Made by a program: the position numbers and the translations under genes. DNA of 64,000 bases from assembly GCA_977020255.1 (NCBI GenBank), contig CDROCS010003779.1:248001-312000 (forward strand), read 5' to 3'. Under the pieces are notes generated by a model. That model was not told the DNA's origin. It saw only the letters and a program-made list of their open reading frames with translations, and searched no databases. Positions 22,050 to 34,732 of the stretch are shown in pieces. The DNA is from Obrimoposthia wandeli (taxonomy: Eukaryota). The stretch's first letter is position 1, and each line of letters starts with the position of its first letter.

Positions 22050-22440
22050 AACCCTTTAACTATTAGACTACAAAACTAAAATTCAACAATTGTAAAGAAA
22101 TCTTAAAAAATTAAAAATCCTTACGTACTGCTTAACTAATATTTTAAACAAAAACCAACCTGGTTTGCACCGGTTTAAACTCAAATCATGTAAACTTTTA
22201 ATAGCCGAACAGGCTAAGAACAAAAACTACTGCACCTTTTTCCAAATTTAATTCAACATCGAGGTAAAATAATAAAATATGGTCTTTAAAATCTTATTTT
22301 CCGGTTAACCCTAGGGAAATTTTTCAAATCCAAAAACTTATGAAAAATAAATTAACGCCCCATCAAAAAATAAAAATTAAAAAATCCATTAGGGTCTTTT
22401 GGTATTAAAATAATATGTAGAATTTTTTTTATTTCTAAAT
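22050..22440 (-). rRNA. rrnL: Mitochondrial 16S rRNA 3' fragment (NUMT)
   Basis: Minus strand has CCTCGATGTTGAATT and AAAGTTTACATGATTTGAGTTTAAACCGG. Confidence 0.85.
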
Positions 22441-22444
22441 AAAA

Positions 22445-22625
22445 TTAACAAAATATAATTTTAAAATAATCTACTTCCTAAACCCATTCAAACAATTCCA
22501 ACGGATAACACCTACATCCATCAGTTCTGCATGGGAGATTGTATTAGGTTAAATAAATATATGACGAACAACTTCGAGGATATCTAGAGTAGTGTGTACT
22601 GGCCAATTATTCATAATTAGAAGCT
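22445..22625 (-). mobile_element. pogo/Tigger-like DDE transposase relic
   Basis: LLIMNNWPVH...FI*PNTISHAELMDVGVI resembles LLxxDNxxxH...PPNTTSxxQPMDxGVI. Confidence 0.65.
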
Positions 22626-24084
22626 CGTTTCGATTTTAAATTTTCATTTATTAAAATATTTATAAATTTAAAGCTGAACTCGCGTTTTCACGGTAAAAAT
22701 GTTTAGTCAATATTATAAACACATGAATAAATAAGTAACACTGCAAATAAACAAGTTTCATAAAATTTAAGAAACGTTTTGCAACAGAGCAGAGGATTCT
22801 AATAAAAATATTAATATACCTCATACTACTGTTTATCTAAATAAATTTTTATGTCCAAGTTTTAGGGTTTCTAATTGAAACTCTTAGATCCTCGTATGGG
22901 TTCTGAAGCGATAGGGCTTACAGATGTTTGTGGCCTACCTATTATTATCTTTCTTAATTCGAGTCTCAAATCTGAAGGTTTTCTTTTTCTGTTTGTGTTT
23001 GGTGTGGTGTATAGAGAGTTGTGTGCAATGTAACTGAGAAGGTCATAAAACTAATGTAGTGTGATGTAGGTCTATAGTAGTTTAGATTTTATTTTATAGA
23101 AAGTCTGGTTAAAAACCTAGACTTGTTGAATAATGAAAAGCCGGAGCCAAACGACGATAACGATGTTCCTCCGGTAATATTGGGATACAACAATCCTCAA
23201 ATACCCCAGTGCTTGAAATACCGTCACGTGGTTGTCCCTCGGCTGGCCTATAGCTTAGTGGGTTCGTAAATACCGCGAGTTTAATAATGTGAAGCAAGCT
23301 TTGTTAGTCTGTTCTAATTACTAAACTTTATTTCCTAAAACACAACACGTAAGGGTTCTTAAACACGATGACACAATTTCGCAGAGAAGGGGGACACTCT
23401 AAGTCTTTTTCTAGTTATTTACTTTGTTATTTATTCAGTCTTTTAATACTAGTATGATCTCTCTATTTGAACCTGTCGAACAACTCTTACTGTTAAGTAT
23501 AAACTTGTCTTATACTTTACTGAAAATACGGACGATCGAATACGTATAATTATTCTAATATTGTCTAGGGGACTGCCAACGATACAAGCACCGTACGACT
23601 ACTATAATTCGTACTGAAAATGATATATGTCAAACTACTCAAATTCGTACTGAGAAATAACGATAATGACAATGTAAACTACTTAAATTCGTACTGAGAC
23701 TTAATGTTGTTCCTCACCAATTTTTCCGTTCCTCATCTCTCGTGGTCGATTCGTTTCACTTCCCGTTATCAGTCACTGAATAAGTCGAATTATTGATCCG
23801 ATGTCGGCTTTCCTTTTATTTTCTTGCTAGTGGCGTCGGTTTCGAAACGTATTTTCCGCTCCGCACTGTGGGTGGTCTCGCTCAATCTGTTTGTTCGCAC
23901 TGCGATTCCTCGATCTGCTCCTATGATGCCGTTTGATGTTTAGTTTATGCGTTTTATAAATAATATTTACCCATAATTGGTTTTGTTTAAGAGTTCGCCG
24001 ATTCAATATTTCTAATTTCTTTATTTCCAAAATTCTGTATCTCGGGATATCTGATTTCCAATTTTTGTGCACACAGAAGTGTAA

Positions 24085-24292
24085 AGTGTCGATTCTAAAA
24101 CAATAGCACACAAAGAACTACCCCTACTCCTCCCTCTCCCCCCGAACAAGGAACGAAGAACAAATCACATCTGGAATTCGCTTAGTCATTCATATGTGCT
24201 TTGTTCTTCGTTCCTTGTTCGGGGGTGGAGGGGGGAGGGGGGAGGGGGAGGGTGGAGGGGTAGTTCTTTGTGTGCTATTGATTTTGAACCGA
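24085..24292. repeat. Left TIR of element 2: imperfect ~200-bp palindrome with poly-C/poly-G arms
   Basis: Arm ...GAACAAGGAACGAAGAACAAATCACAT, loop CTGGAATTCGCTTAGTCATTCAT, then the complementary arm. Confidence 0.9.
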
Positions 24293-25338
24293 TTTTATAC
24301 ACCTATCTTAGACTATAGTGTCCATATGCGACGGATTTGTTTTTCTCAATCCAAACCCTTTCATCATCATAACATCTTAACGCAATTTTATCATTATACA
24401 TTGTAAATAATTGATGATTACGAGATGAAATACGTGTCTAACCGGCAGTTATAATTTCATCATCGACATAACATTTGATGTAATGCTCATGTATGATTTC
24501 GGTTTGTTTAAGGGAGATACCCTTAGCCCTCATACTCGTTTTCAATGAGTAGCATTTAGGTTTCAGAAATACCCATTCATCATAAAGCACTGTCCCTTGC
24601 TTTCATCTTTAAACTTTCCAATCACATTTCGATGATAATCGTTAAATAACTCATGTATGTGCGGGTAATTACTAGTATCTAACATCTGATCTTTAATCAT
24701 TTGTTTTAAGAGGAAATCTTTATCTACATGCTTACACTCTAAAAAAACGAGTCTGTATCCTTTGCAACTATGTTGATATCACAATGATATTGCTTACGAT
24801 ACCGGTTAAGCTCACTGTACTGTAGTTAGTACATACGTGGTTTATATAAGTTCAACACAGCTTGACCAATATATGAGGGTCGATCCAGACAAATTTCTTT
24901 ATTTTGCATAAATAAAAGATTGAGATTGTCGGTTATTTGGGTATGCTTCTTAAACCAAGGGCTTGAAACAAGTTTAGTAAACTGCCGATCATTCTTGGTA
25001 AGACGGATATCTTTACGTTTTTTAAGATTTTCCACCGTCTTACCATATATTGAGTTATTTTTGAGTTTATAAAACTCTTTATAATATCTAGTAGTACCCT
25101 CTGCCCGTTTCCAGCTATTGATATCAATATATGTTTTAAATATAGGAGCTTGATGAAACTTTATTGCTCTATGCACTGGTTTAATTTCTGCTCCCAGAAA
25201 CAAGTAAAATTGTAGTAGTTGTGAGTGTATGATGTAATTATTTTTATCCTTATGGGTCATCAACAGCTTTGAAGCTTTTTCTCTATTAGGCGCAGTCGGA
25301 AAGTCATCAAGTTTATCATGAATACTGATGGGTATGTG

Positions 25339-25561
25339 TAAATCAATTTTCAACAAGTATCCATGTTCTTTAAGACTTCAGTCCTGCATATTACTGTGAA
25401 TATACCTCTCAGTTATAAGCTCAATTGTCACTTCAAAACTGTCATATACGGTATATGACAGTTTTGAAGTGACAATTGAGCTTATAACTGAGAGGTATAT
25501 TCACAGTAATATGCAGGACTGAAGTCTTAAAGAACATGGATACTTGTTGAAAATTGATTTA
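25339..25561. repeat. Perfect fold-back palindrome (about 111-bp arms, 1-nt centre at 25450)
   Basis: ...CTGTCATATAC-G-GTATATGACAG...; the arms match base for base on reading. Confidence 0.95.
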
Positions 25562-26160
25562 TTGGGACACCTGTATCGCTTCTAATATTAATTGCAATGT
25601 TTGAGATTACATTTGATGCTAAAGGGATATACATGGGTCTGTATATTGCATTATTAACCGTGTCTCCTGGTGCTTTATTTTTATCTAACCATATAGATGT
25701 TAATAAGGGTATCATTTGACCTCCCACGTTTACAGGTTCATACAGACTACCATACAAGTACATGTGATCAAACTCGTAATTTAATCGAGGTTTACCTGAC
25801 CCATTGACTGTAAATCGTGATTTATCTAACCCTAATACGTACATTAAACGTTGATCAAATGCAATATGCTCAATTTCATTCTTTAATACAAATTTTATTA
25901 GCTTATCATTATCATTCAAATAAAATCTTTTAAATAATACATCGCATTTAGATTTAATGTATGCTACTAATGCATTTACATTATTATTATTTAAATCTTC
26001 TGTAAATACAATTTTCTTGTTGTATGAACCGGCTTTATAATGCATATATTGTAAATTATGTGCACCACAATCAGGTCTGATAGATGTTGATCCTTGTAAA
26101 ACTCCTTTATCATCAGACTCGAAACCATCTGAAGTTAATGAATTGAAAAGGAGTCTTAAT
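25561..26160 (-). repeat. Duplicate of penton segment 29400-30000
   Basis: Identical MHYKAGSY...SDTGVPI translation; followed at 26161-26712 by a second copy of 24906-25456. Confidence 0.92.
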
Positions 26161-28919
26161 GCATAAATAAAAGATTGAGATTGTCGGTTATTTGGGTATG
26201 CTTCTTAAACCAAGGGCTTGAAACAAGTTTAGTAAACTGCCGATCATTCTTGGTAAGACGGATATCTTTACGTTTTTTAAGATTTTCCACCGTCTTACCA
26301 TATATTGAGTTATTTTTGAGTTTATAAAACTCTTTATAATATCTAGTAGTACCCTCTGCCCGTTTCCAGCTATTGATATCAATATATGTTTTAAATATAG
26401 GAGCTTGATGAAACTTTATTGCTCTATGCACTGGTTTAATTTCTGCTCCCAGAAACAAGTAAAATTGTAGTAGTTGTGAGTGTATGATGTAATTATTTTT
26501 ATCCTTATGGGTCATCAACAGCTTTGAAGCTTTTTCTCTATTAGGCGCAGTCGGAAAGTCATCAAGTTTATCATGAATACTGATGGGTATGTGTAAATCA
26601 ATTTTCAACAAGTATCCATGTTCTTTAAGACTTCAGTCCTGCATATTACTGTGAATATACCTCTCAGTTATAAGCTCAATTGTCACTTCAAAACTGTCAT
26701 ATACGGTATATATATATACCTAGTATATGATATACCCATGTAAAATATGTATGTGGTAACGGTTGACTCAAGGTCCAGCCATATAGGTTATTTATGTCAA
26801 TGTATATGAGGAATGTTTCATCTGTTGTTTTAACGTAATGTTTATTGATGAAAGTCATCCCTCCCCGTATCCCTGCCTCAAATATGTTCTACATTTCGGG
26901 ATCATGCAATAAATCCACGTCATACTCTAACGTTTTTAATGCGCTAGCCCAACTAAAACTGGGGATACTAAAGAAATTGAGCGCCTCTAGATTATCATCA
27001 TCCCTTACTTTCTGTCTAAAGGCCTCAAAAACATCACATAACAGATACACGTCAAGTTTCATATACTCAACCATGTAGTCTTTAATAGTATTACACCCTA
27101 ATACGGTTCACATCCTTATGTCTTCATTATATTGTTGATCAGTGACTCAAGAAGGAAACTCAGATTTAGCGGGTAACTGACTCTCCATAAGCCTATCAAC
27201 ACCACTAATATATTCATATGGAAATACCGCCTTACTTGTTCCAATATTAGGGTTTGGGTATTGTGTAGTATAAGGACAACTTGACAAGTATGAAACTAAG
27301 GATTCAAGACTTGACGTTCTAAAAAGGTATGAATCAATGAATTTCAATGTCCCCCTCTTCATCTCTATACGGAAGGACATGAACTTACCTTTTGATTTAG
27401 GGATAATTGAAAAGGATTTACCTTTCAAGTCAGAATATTTTATAAGGTTATGAAACACCACAGATAAAACTGGTCTCTTTGCAAACTTGCGACATAAATT
27501 GCATTTGTTGCATGCTGCACCCAAGTATTTACCCATGATATGATCATGATCTCTAACCATACGATCGTTTAATTTTTACAAAGATAGCAATTAGTGCAAT
27601 CTCTAAAGTTCAACATGTCATTATTAGTAAAAACCATAGGAACATAATTACTATTTATCCAAAAATCTGCCAATTGATCATTTATCAACTCAGTTAATTT
27701 ATCTACAAATTTTTTAGCACACTGCAGACCGTAATAACTGAAATATTGTATTGAATTATTAGTGTTGTTTTTCAAATTCAACCCTATAGATATTGGTTTA
27801 TGAATGTATTTGAAAGTAATATGCGGATCGAGTATTGACTCAAAGTCGGCATAGACAACAAATGGTAGCGCAACAGATTTAGACCAGTCAGAAAACTGAC
27901 AATTGGTCTCTTTAGGCATCGTAAACAAGGTTGTTAAATCTGTATTAATATTACAATGTGCCCTGTGTTTGTCATATGAAATCGTGGTTCGAAAACAGCA
28001 AAGATATTTCTCACACCAAAAGAGACGCACATTATATTTTTGAGTATTTAAAAGTATATTCAGGTTTGTAATCCCTGTATAATGATAATTACCAATCTGT
28101 TCCAACAGCAACAAGTTTACTACTTTTCGCACTGCTTAAGACTTGTTATATAAATAACGTTAACATCTAGGTTTTTAAACACTAGATGACTACTATGAGG
28201 CTCTACCTTTGTAGTTTTATAGGAGAATACTGTTATCGCAATATTATTGAGTTTTTCAAATGCCTTGATGCAGTCTATCCTCATAGGACCAGGCTCGCAT
28301 ATTAGTTCATTTAAATAATCATTATAGTTTTCAACTCTATGTCTGTTTCGATTGTGATCTTTATAATGTAGGATGCTGAGAACAGCGTATTTAAAACACT
28401 GATCATCAGTATTATTTACGTTCACTATAAACAGTGTTTTAGCAAGCGCAACTGGGGTTTTTATAAATGATGATCCTGCTACGCTTGAAAGTGCAATAAA
28501 TTTAAAGGATATCAACAGAATATTAAATACTGACCATTCCGAACTCTTATCCGTATATAAATATCAATTTTATTGTTGAGCTCAACTGCTCTTGAAGTGA
28601 TAAAATCTTGTTCAAAAATATTTGCTTAACAGCTTACATGCCATGTTTTATGTTGACCCTCATTATTGACAAATTCGGTTTCAACACCAAACTGTATTTT
28701 ACAGGGCCAAACATATCTATACTGCTAGTAAGTTCAGTTAGCATAGTATCGTTAATATATAGGTTAAGCATGTTTAACCCACTAACATCAAAAACAAGGT
28801 TTGATTGAATTGCACCTCCTATTTGATTGTTAAAAGTTAATGTATTATCTGAAGTAATTAACAATACATAATTCAGATTTACCACAAGCCATTATTAAAC
28901 AAATATTGTACCTGGTTTT

Positions 28920-29302
28920 CTTCATTTGTTTATACTAGATGCTTTCTTTCTACCCCTACTCTCTTGCTTTTTAGCTTCGGGTTCAGTCGCCTCCGCTGCT
29001 TCCCTTGCTTTACGTTTACGTCGATTTTTAATAACTTTAACAACTGTACCAAAAGCTTCCTTAGCCTCTGGTATGGCTCCGGCAACTTCGCATATTGCAT
29101 GTTGTTTAAGCATTGGTAACACAGATTTGTTGTTCATTATTACATCTTGAACTGTTTTAACTCCAACACGTCCTAATCTTTTCAATATAGGGAATGCTAA
29201 CCGCCCTAATGTTCTCAACTATCCCAAACCGTACTGTTTACCTACAAAATATGGTAATTCACCACTTTGTTGAGGCCCACAAAATGTCTCAATTATATTC
29301 AT
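28920..29302 (-). pseudogene. Small virion-type gene (QQSGELPYFVGKQYGLG*LRTLGR)
   Basis: Homolog of 5895-6272; conserved Trp codon changed to TAG. Confidence 0.7.
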
Positions 29303-29347
29303 AACGGTAATGGACAACTATTTTAATACAGATTGTTTATAACTGAT

Positions 29348-30506
29348 CTATACAGCGACATGTATGGTAAGGGATACTTTTGCATTGTTGGAAAAACTTA
29401 TTGGGACACCTGTATCGCTTCTAATATTAATTGCAATGTTTGAGATTACATTTGATGCTAAAGGGATATACATGGGTCTGTATATTGCATTATTAACCGT
29501 GTCTCCTGGTGCTTTATTTTTATCTAACCATATAGATGTTAATAAGGGTATCATTTGACCTCCCACGTTTACAGGTTCATACAGACTACCATACAAGTAC
29601 ATGTGATCAAACTCGTAATTTAATCGAGGTTTACCTGACCCATTGACTGTAAATCGTGATTTATCTAACCCTAATACGTACATTAAACGTTGATCAAATG
29701 CAATATGCTCAATTTCATTCTTTAATACAAATTTTATTAGCTTATCATTATCATTCAAATAAAATCTTTTAAATAATACATCGCATTTAGATTTAATGTA
29801 TGCTACTAATGCATTTACATTATTATTATTTAAATCTTCTGTAAATACAATTTTCTTGTTGTATGAACCGGCTTTATAATGCATATATTGTAAATTATGT
29901 GCACCACAATCAGGTCTGATAGATGTTGATCCTTGTAAAACTCCTTTATCATCAGACTCGAAACCATCTGAAGTTAATGAATTGAAAAGGAGTCTTAATT
30001 CATTTTTAGTGTCAGCATCCATCTTGATATAGAATTTTTTGTTGTTGACGGATTTTATTAGTATAACATTATCCTTTTTATCAATACCTACAACAACTGT
30101 GATTAGGGAAATAGAAAGCTTTGCAATCTTATCTTTAGACGTGACGATGAGTTTTGAAATATTATTAATTGTCTTTTTAATAACTTTTGGTTCTGATTTA
30201 TCACCATGCAATTGCGGTTCTTTCTTTTTCTATTTCTACTTGAGTACGAATTACTGATAAAGATATTTGATCAGTCTGTTGATTGAATAATTTAATATAA
30301 TAATTAATTTCACTGCCCTTATTTAAAATAACAGAAGTTTTTGTATACGTAAATTCAGTTAATGCCGCCTCCCATTTACCATTTAACGTAATTGGATTCT
30401 TCCTATCTACAGTGAATAATGAAGCCATATTATTAAGTTGAGTTCTCGGACAACTATTACTCGGTAAAATCATATAGAAGTCTCTATCTGGCTTGCTTTG
30501 ATCCAT
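29348..30506 (-). pseudogene. Minor capsid (penton), frameshifted
   Basis: FYMILPSNSCP...GKWEAALTEF and YLYGSLYEPVNVGGQMIPLL...PMYIPL. Confidence 0.85.
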
Positions 30507-30529
30507 GTTGATTCAGAATATCCATGCCA

Positions 30530-31500
30530 CTTTACGAGATATTGTTTATTCTTACTGCAGCCTTTACATTTTACGACTTCTTAGATACGGAAAAGTGTAA
30601 GTTTATCAATTACTTGTAATTCAGGTTCATAAAATTTCCATGTTATTACATTACAATCATCATCAACTATAGAGTACATTACAGGATTTGCACATTTGTC
30701 TATTTTATCTATCCTAAACACCTCATCACTCCAATACTGATCAAAGTTTTTAAAAGGCTACCACTAAACTTTGATATTCGAACATAATCACCAGTCTTAT
30801 GTTTAGGCTTAATAACTTTATCGACTTGATTACGACTCAACCAAATTTCCATTGCATTTTTATCATTAATATCAACAGGTCTCATCCGTCTAAACCTTTA
30901 TTCTTACTGTGATTGTATGAAGTGATTACTTTTGGTAAAACGTCAACCCATCTTTTATTGCCTTGTGCAATAAAATTTATTTTCAATCAATCTCTCAATG
31001 TTCTATTAAACCTTTCAACTACTGCAGTTTTGAATTGTGAAACTACAGAGTATTGTTCAATATTTAATTTTTTAAATAAACTACCTACATTTTTGTTGTA
31101 AAACTCTTTACCCTTATCGGTTTGCACATGTATGGGGATAGTTTTATCAATCATTGTACTTAGAGCAGCCTCTATATCCTTACCTGATTTAGTTTTTTAC
31201 AGGTAATGCACGCGCATACCTTGTAAACACGTCAATACATGTTAAAATATACTTGTTACCATCATTGATACTTGCATATGGTATCAATTCCATCAAATCG
31301 GCCTGCCATAAATCGTTAGGACCACTTGTTCTGTATGCTTGAGTCGGGAACTTCCGTTTCATTGGCTTGTTTAGACTGTATGCTAGCTGATTGCTCAGCC
31401 ATTTCTGAGTTTTCTTTTGACTCGTTTGACTTTTTGATGATAGTTTGCCAATGCTGCTGTACCCAGCTGAGTTTTCGGGATCGTACCATATCGTTTCCAT
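30530..31500 (-). pseudogene. int: rve integrase, fragmented
   Basis: WQADLMEL, LTCIDVFTR, VQTDKGKEF, AVVERFNRTL, WSDEVF. Confidence 0.88.
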
Positions 31501-31551
31501 TACAACAAGTGAATTTCAAATCGATGTTTGATATGGTATTACCCATTTTGT

Positions 31552-31881
31552 TTATGGGTGTATCAATTTTGCAATCAAAGGAGATACTAAAGTAGCAATT
31601 ATAGATATTAATGCACAGATAAAACCACCTTTTTGTTTTAGAATTACTCTACGTTTACCAGTTTTGCCTTTAGTATTCACTAAATCAAGTAAAACTTTTT
31701 GATGTTTTCTTAGGTTATGTTTATGATTACCGATTTTTACAGTATCTTTTGTAATATTAAACAACACTTCAACCAACTTATCAATAACAAAGGGTGGAAA
31801 TGACTTGAGAATACGTGATCTATATATGCTTGGAGCCTTGATTAAAACCTGAAAATTGGGAAGTTTAGATTTTGATATCAT
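31552..31881 (-). CDS. Conserved small Polinton protein (LKQKGGF)
   Basis: Homolog of 3418-3747. Confidence 0.65.
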   Translation of the reverse strand: MISKSKLPNFQVLIKAPSIYRSRILKSFPPFVIDKLVEVLFNITKDTVKIGNHKHNLRKHQKVLLDLVNTKGKTGKRRVILKQKGGFICALISIIATLVSPLIAKLIHP

Positions 31882-31967
31882 ATTTAATTAATTAAACTAT
31901 TTGCAATATTGTTTATAGTTTAATCCATTTACCAACTAATTTATTTACACGCTTTATATCTGACTTC

Positions 31968-32210
31968 TTAACCGACGGGTTTCTTCTTTTTCTTTAATGG
32001 TTTCCCTTTTACAGGTTTTCTCTTTACTGTCTTGACCGATTTCTTTAATGATTCATCAACTACTTTACGTTGATGAAGCACTGATTTAATAAGATTTTTA
32101 ATATGAGCATTCTTCTTTAGCATCAACTTGTTATCATTAACGTGTAATTTATCACCCAGTCTCCATTTATGTCCAACTCCACTAGGCATTATTTCTTTCA
32201 TAAATGACAT
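31968..32210 (-). CDS. Small basic protein
   Basis: Lys-rich C-terminus; same position as 3246-3386 in element 1. Confidence 0.5.
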   Translation of the reverse strand: MSFMKEIMPSGVGHKWRLGDKLHVNDNKLMLKKNAHIKNLIKSVLHQRKVVDESLKKSVKTVKRKPVKGKPLKKKKKPVG

Positions 32211-32215
32211 GATTA

Positions 32216-32859
32216 ACAGGTAGATATGTTTTTCTTTTGTTTATATATAAAATCATTATAGAAAATATCGGTTCTCACGCGTAAATCATCTGGATATTCC
32301 TGTGTAAAATCTAAAAACAAATATCAATGAGGGTTAGTTGTAACATCTTGAAATGCGTCAATCAAATATTGCTTATTACAAGGGAAGGTTTGACGGCAAC
32401 AAAGTCGACAACCGCTTGATCTTGTGAATTTTTAAATAATACCAGATAATGTACATTTAAATTCTGAGTACGGTGTTGATTGCCTTGATGAAAGAGATTT
32501 TGAGTGATAAAAATCACTGTTACATTCCTATGTCTAGCTATTTTGGTAAACAGGTTATTAAAACCCGACTCTTTATTTGCTTCATCATACAAGTCATCAA
32601 TTACAATGACATTTCCTGAATTTTACCTCTCAGACCATTTATTATCAAAACCATTAATAAAATGAATACCCTTCAAATTACCTAATTCTGTTCGTGTTAG
32701 ACCAGATTCCCCTACACCTCCGTAATGTCAGTATATTCTACCAAACTTTTGATTAAACATGTTTTTATTTTGAAGTAATTTAGTTACAAAATGTGTTTTC
32801 CCACTCCCACTAGGGCCTACTATTTAGTAAACCACGTAATTTTTAAGTTTTGTCATCAT
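32216..32859 (-). pseudogene. Packaging ATPase, fragmented
   Basis: GPSGSGKTHF, VIVIDDLY, ARHRNVTVIFITQNLF. Confidence 0.88.
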
Positions 32860-32889
32860 CAATAATAATAAATCAAAATAAACGATTGT

Positions 32890-33156
32890 TTATATACGTT
32901 TAATTAATATATACAACAACAGAGAATTAAAAATTGACACAGAAAAGGTTATATACATCATGTTTGAACGATTAATTTGAACAAAATTTTCAAAATCCTT
33001 ATTCCGTTTGAAATCTCTATAGACATTTGAGCGAACAATTTCCTTTACATTATCACAAGAAAGTCCATCAAAACTAAAAAAGTATTGAACTCCATTTATT
33101 GTTCCATTTATAATTTCCTCAACTGCCTCATCAACTAATTTATTGTTTTCATCCAT
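32890..33156 (-). CDS. Small tail-anchored-like protein
   Basis: Homolog of 2271-2552 (EI..G.I.G and DN...VRS.V.R.F). Confidence 0.6.
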   Translation of the reverse strand: MDENNKLVDEAVEEIINGTINGVQYFFSFDGLSCDNVKEIVRSNVYRDFKRNKDFENFVQINRSNMMYITFSVSIFNSLLLYILIKRI

Positions 33157-33174
33157 TTATATAAATCATAAATT

Positions 33175-33998
33175 TCAATTGTTTATACCATGAAATTTTA
33201 CATTTCTTACTCTCCGTTCGATCAGGCATTTGCATACTGGACATGAATGTACCATTCTAGAACATGATATACATGTATTTACATGTCTGCAAGGGAGAAA
33301 TACTACTTCAATATGATTATTTAAACATACTACACATTCGGGGTCGTTTAAAATGTATGAAAGTATATTTATATATTGTTTTTCAGGTTCCATTTCTAAA
33401 TAAGATAAATCACAAATCATTTCAAATAGTGATTTGTATTCTCCATATTGCATCATTTTATATTTTAAAACAGATTTTATTCTATCTTTTGCGAAAAACC
33501 TTTTCAAATATCTGATTTGGTTTGTATCCATCAACATATCAAATTTCTCTATAGTTAAAGGATATTCAATAATACAATCTGTTTCGATATTTTTAATTAC
33601 ATTAGCATCATTATAGGGTCTTAAACTATTTGAATAGCATAAATCAGGTAATTTTATATCAATATCTGATACATATACTTTTCCAATCAATGGTGATGTA
33701 TCAAAATCAATTTTTTTATTACTAGTTTCAATTATTGGTACATTTGAAGCATTTAACTTTAATAGAAATGGACATGTAGGAAAAAATTTCATATGTTGCT
33801 TCATTGGTTTAAGATACTATTCCCATTCGGATATTGCACCTTGACAGTATATACATTTTACTTTATCGATTGAATCATCATCATGTTTATAAAATCCGGC
33901 TTTAGCTAAATCATATACAGATTGTTTCCCTTTAAAATTTATAATTAGCGATATTAATCTTTCACTTTCACATCTATATTTCAATGTAAAACTTTCAT
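33175..33998 (-). pseudogene. Inhibitor of apoptosis (BIR + RING) with a stop inside the BIR domain
   Basis: ERLIS...LAKAGFY...DKVKCIYC...W...QHMKFFPTCPF; C-terminal CVVC...FLPCRH..CISC...CPVC. Confidence 0.88.
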
Positions 33999-34120
33999 TC
34001 TATAATAATATACTTTTCGCTTAACTAAAACATCATTAACAGTTTTATAATGAAGTATATAATCAACTAGCATTTTCAAATCATGTAAGAAAAAAAATTC
34101 AACTAAATAAAATTTATTGT

Positions 34121-34610
34121 TTATATCAAAAGTAAAATATCAGTTATTATCCAAGTCACATCAAAGTTATAATCCAAATCCTTGAGACCGAGTATGACCA
34201 CTTTCCCGCTTGCAAATATGTTGACACACAGAGGATTGTGTTTTGAAAACCTCAAAGCAGGAAACAACTCAGGTACGAACATGCATGCAGCTCCACACTT
34301 TTGAGACAACTTGTATAGGTTCAACTTCTTACCTAAATCGACAGTAACCATTACTGATTGAATACGTCCAATCTTTATTCTAACTGGATACTTGAGCATA
34401 GTTGTAGTAATAGGTTTCTTGCAACCCATTATCATGCATGATCCTAATAATAATAATAATTAACTAACATAAAAACATACCTGAATGGAAGATTATAAGG
34501 GTATAATCCTTACAACTGTGCACGTACTGACATGGTTTCCCTAATTTGAAAGGTAAGTGACTGATATCTCTTTTAATTTTACCTTTATAATTAATATTTG
34601 CAAGATTCAT
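34121..34610 (-). CDS. TBP-like protein, 2 exons (34610-34481, 34443-34121), 150 aa
   Basis: 130-nt first exon and 37-nt GT-AG intron in the same phase and position as 1751-2251; FVPELFPAL and IFASGKVVILG. Confidence 0.8.
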
Positions 34611-34732
34611 GATTGAATTAATGGAAATAACCCCATATATATATAATATTCATAAGCTAAAGATTAACTAATCAGAATCGAGTATGATAATATATAAGCT
34701 ACCACTTTTGATATAAAATTCATTATTTTGAT

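Larger units (their letters stand above)
17689..22440 (-). other. Nuclear mitochondrial insertion (NUMT), degraded, genetic code 9 type
   Basis: T-rich minus strand carrying nad5, nad6, atp6, nad1, nad4, nad4L and rrnL motifs, with frameshifts and substitutions. Confidence 0.9.
24400..28885 (-). pseudogene. polB: Protein-primed PolB, all motifs present but fragmented; interrupted by a rearrangement at 25456-26160
   Basis: GSSFIKTP, VVYADFES, RDHDH, KLDVYLLCDVFE, IRGG, YIDINNLY (motif A), KLKNNSIYGK (motif B), DTDS (motif C), GKFKDE. Confidence 0.92.

Noticed and set aside
17689-22440. A true mitochondrial contig joined by misassembly
   Set aside because: Frameshifts, motif substitutions, a diverged tandem duplication and a truncated nad1 indicate a decayed nuclear copy, though read support was not checked.
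23109-24111. ORFs 23109-23297 and 23827-24111 as genes or an LTR retrotransposon end
   Set aside because: Only a weak RSGK..KP resemblance to integrase tails; no LTR, PPT or domain motif confirmed.
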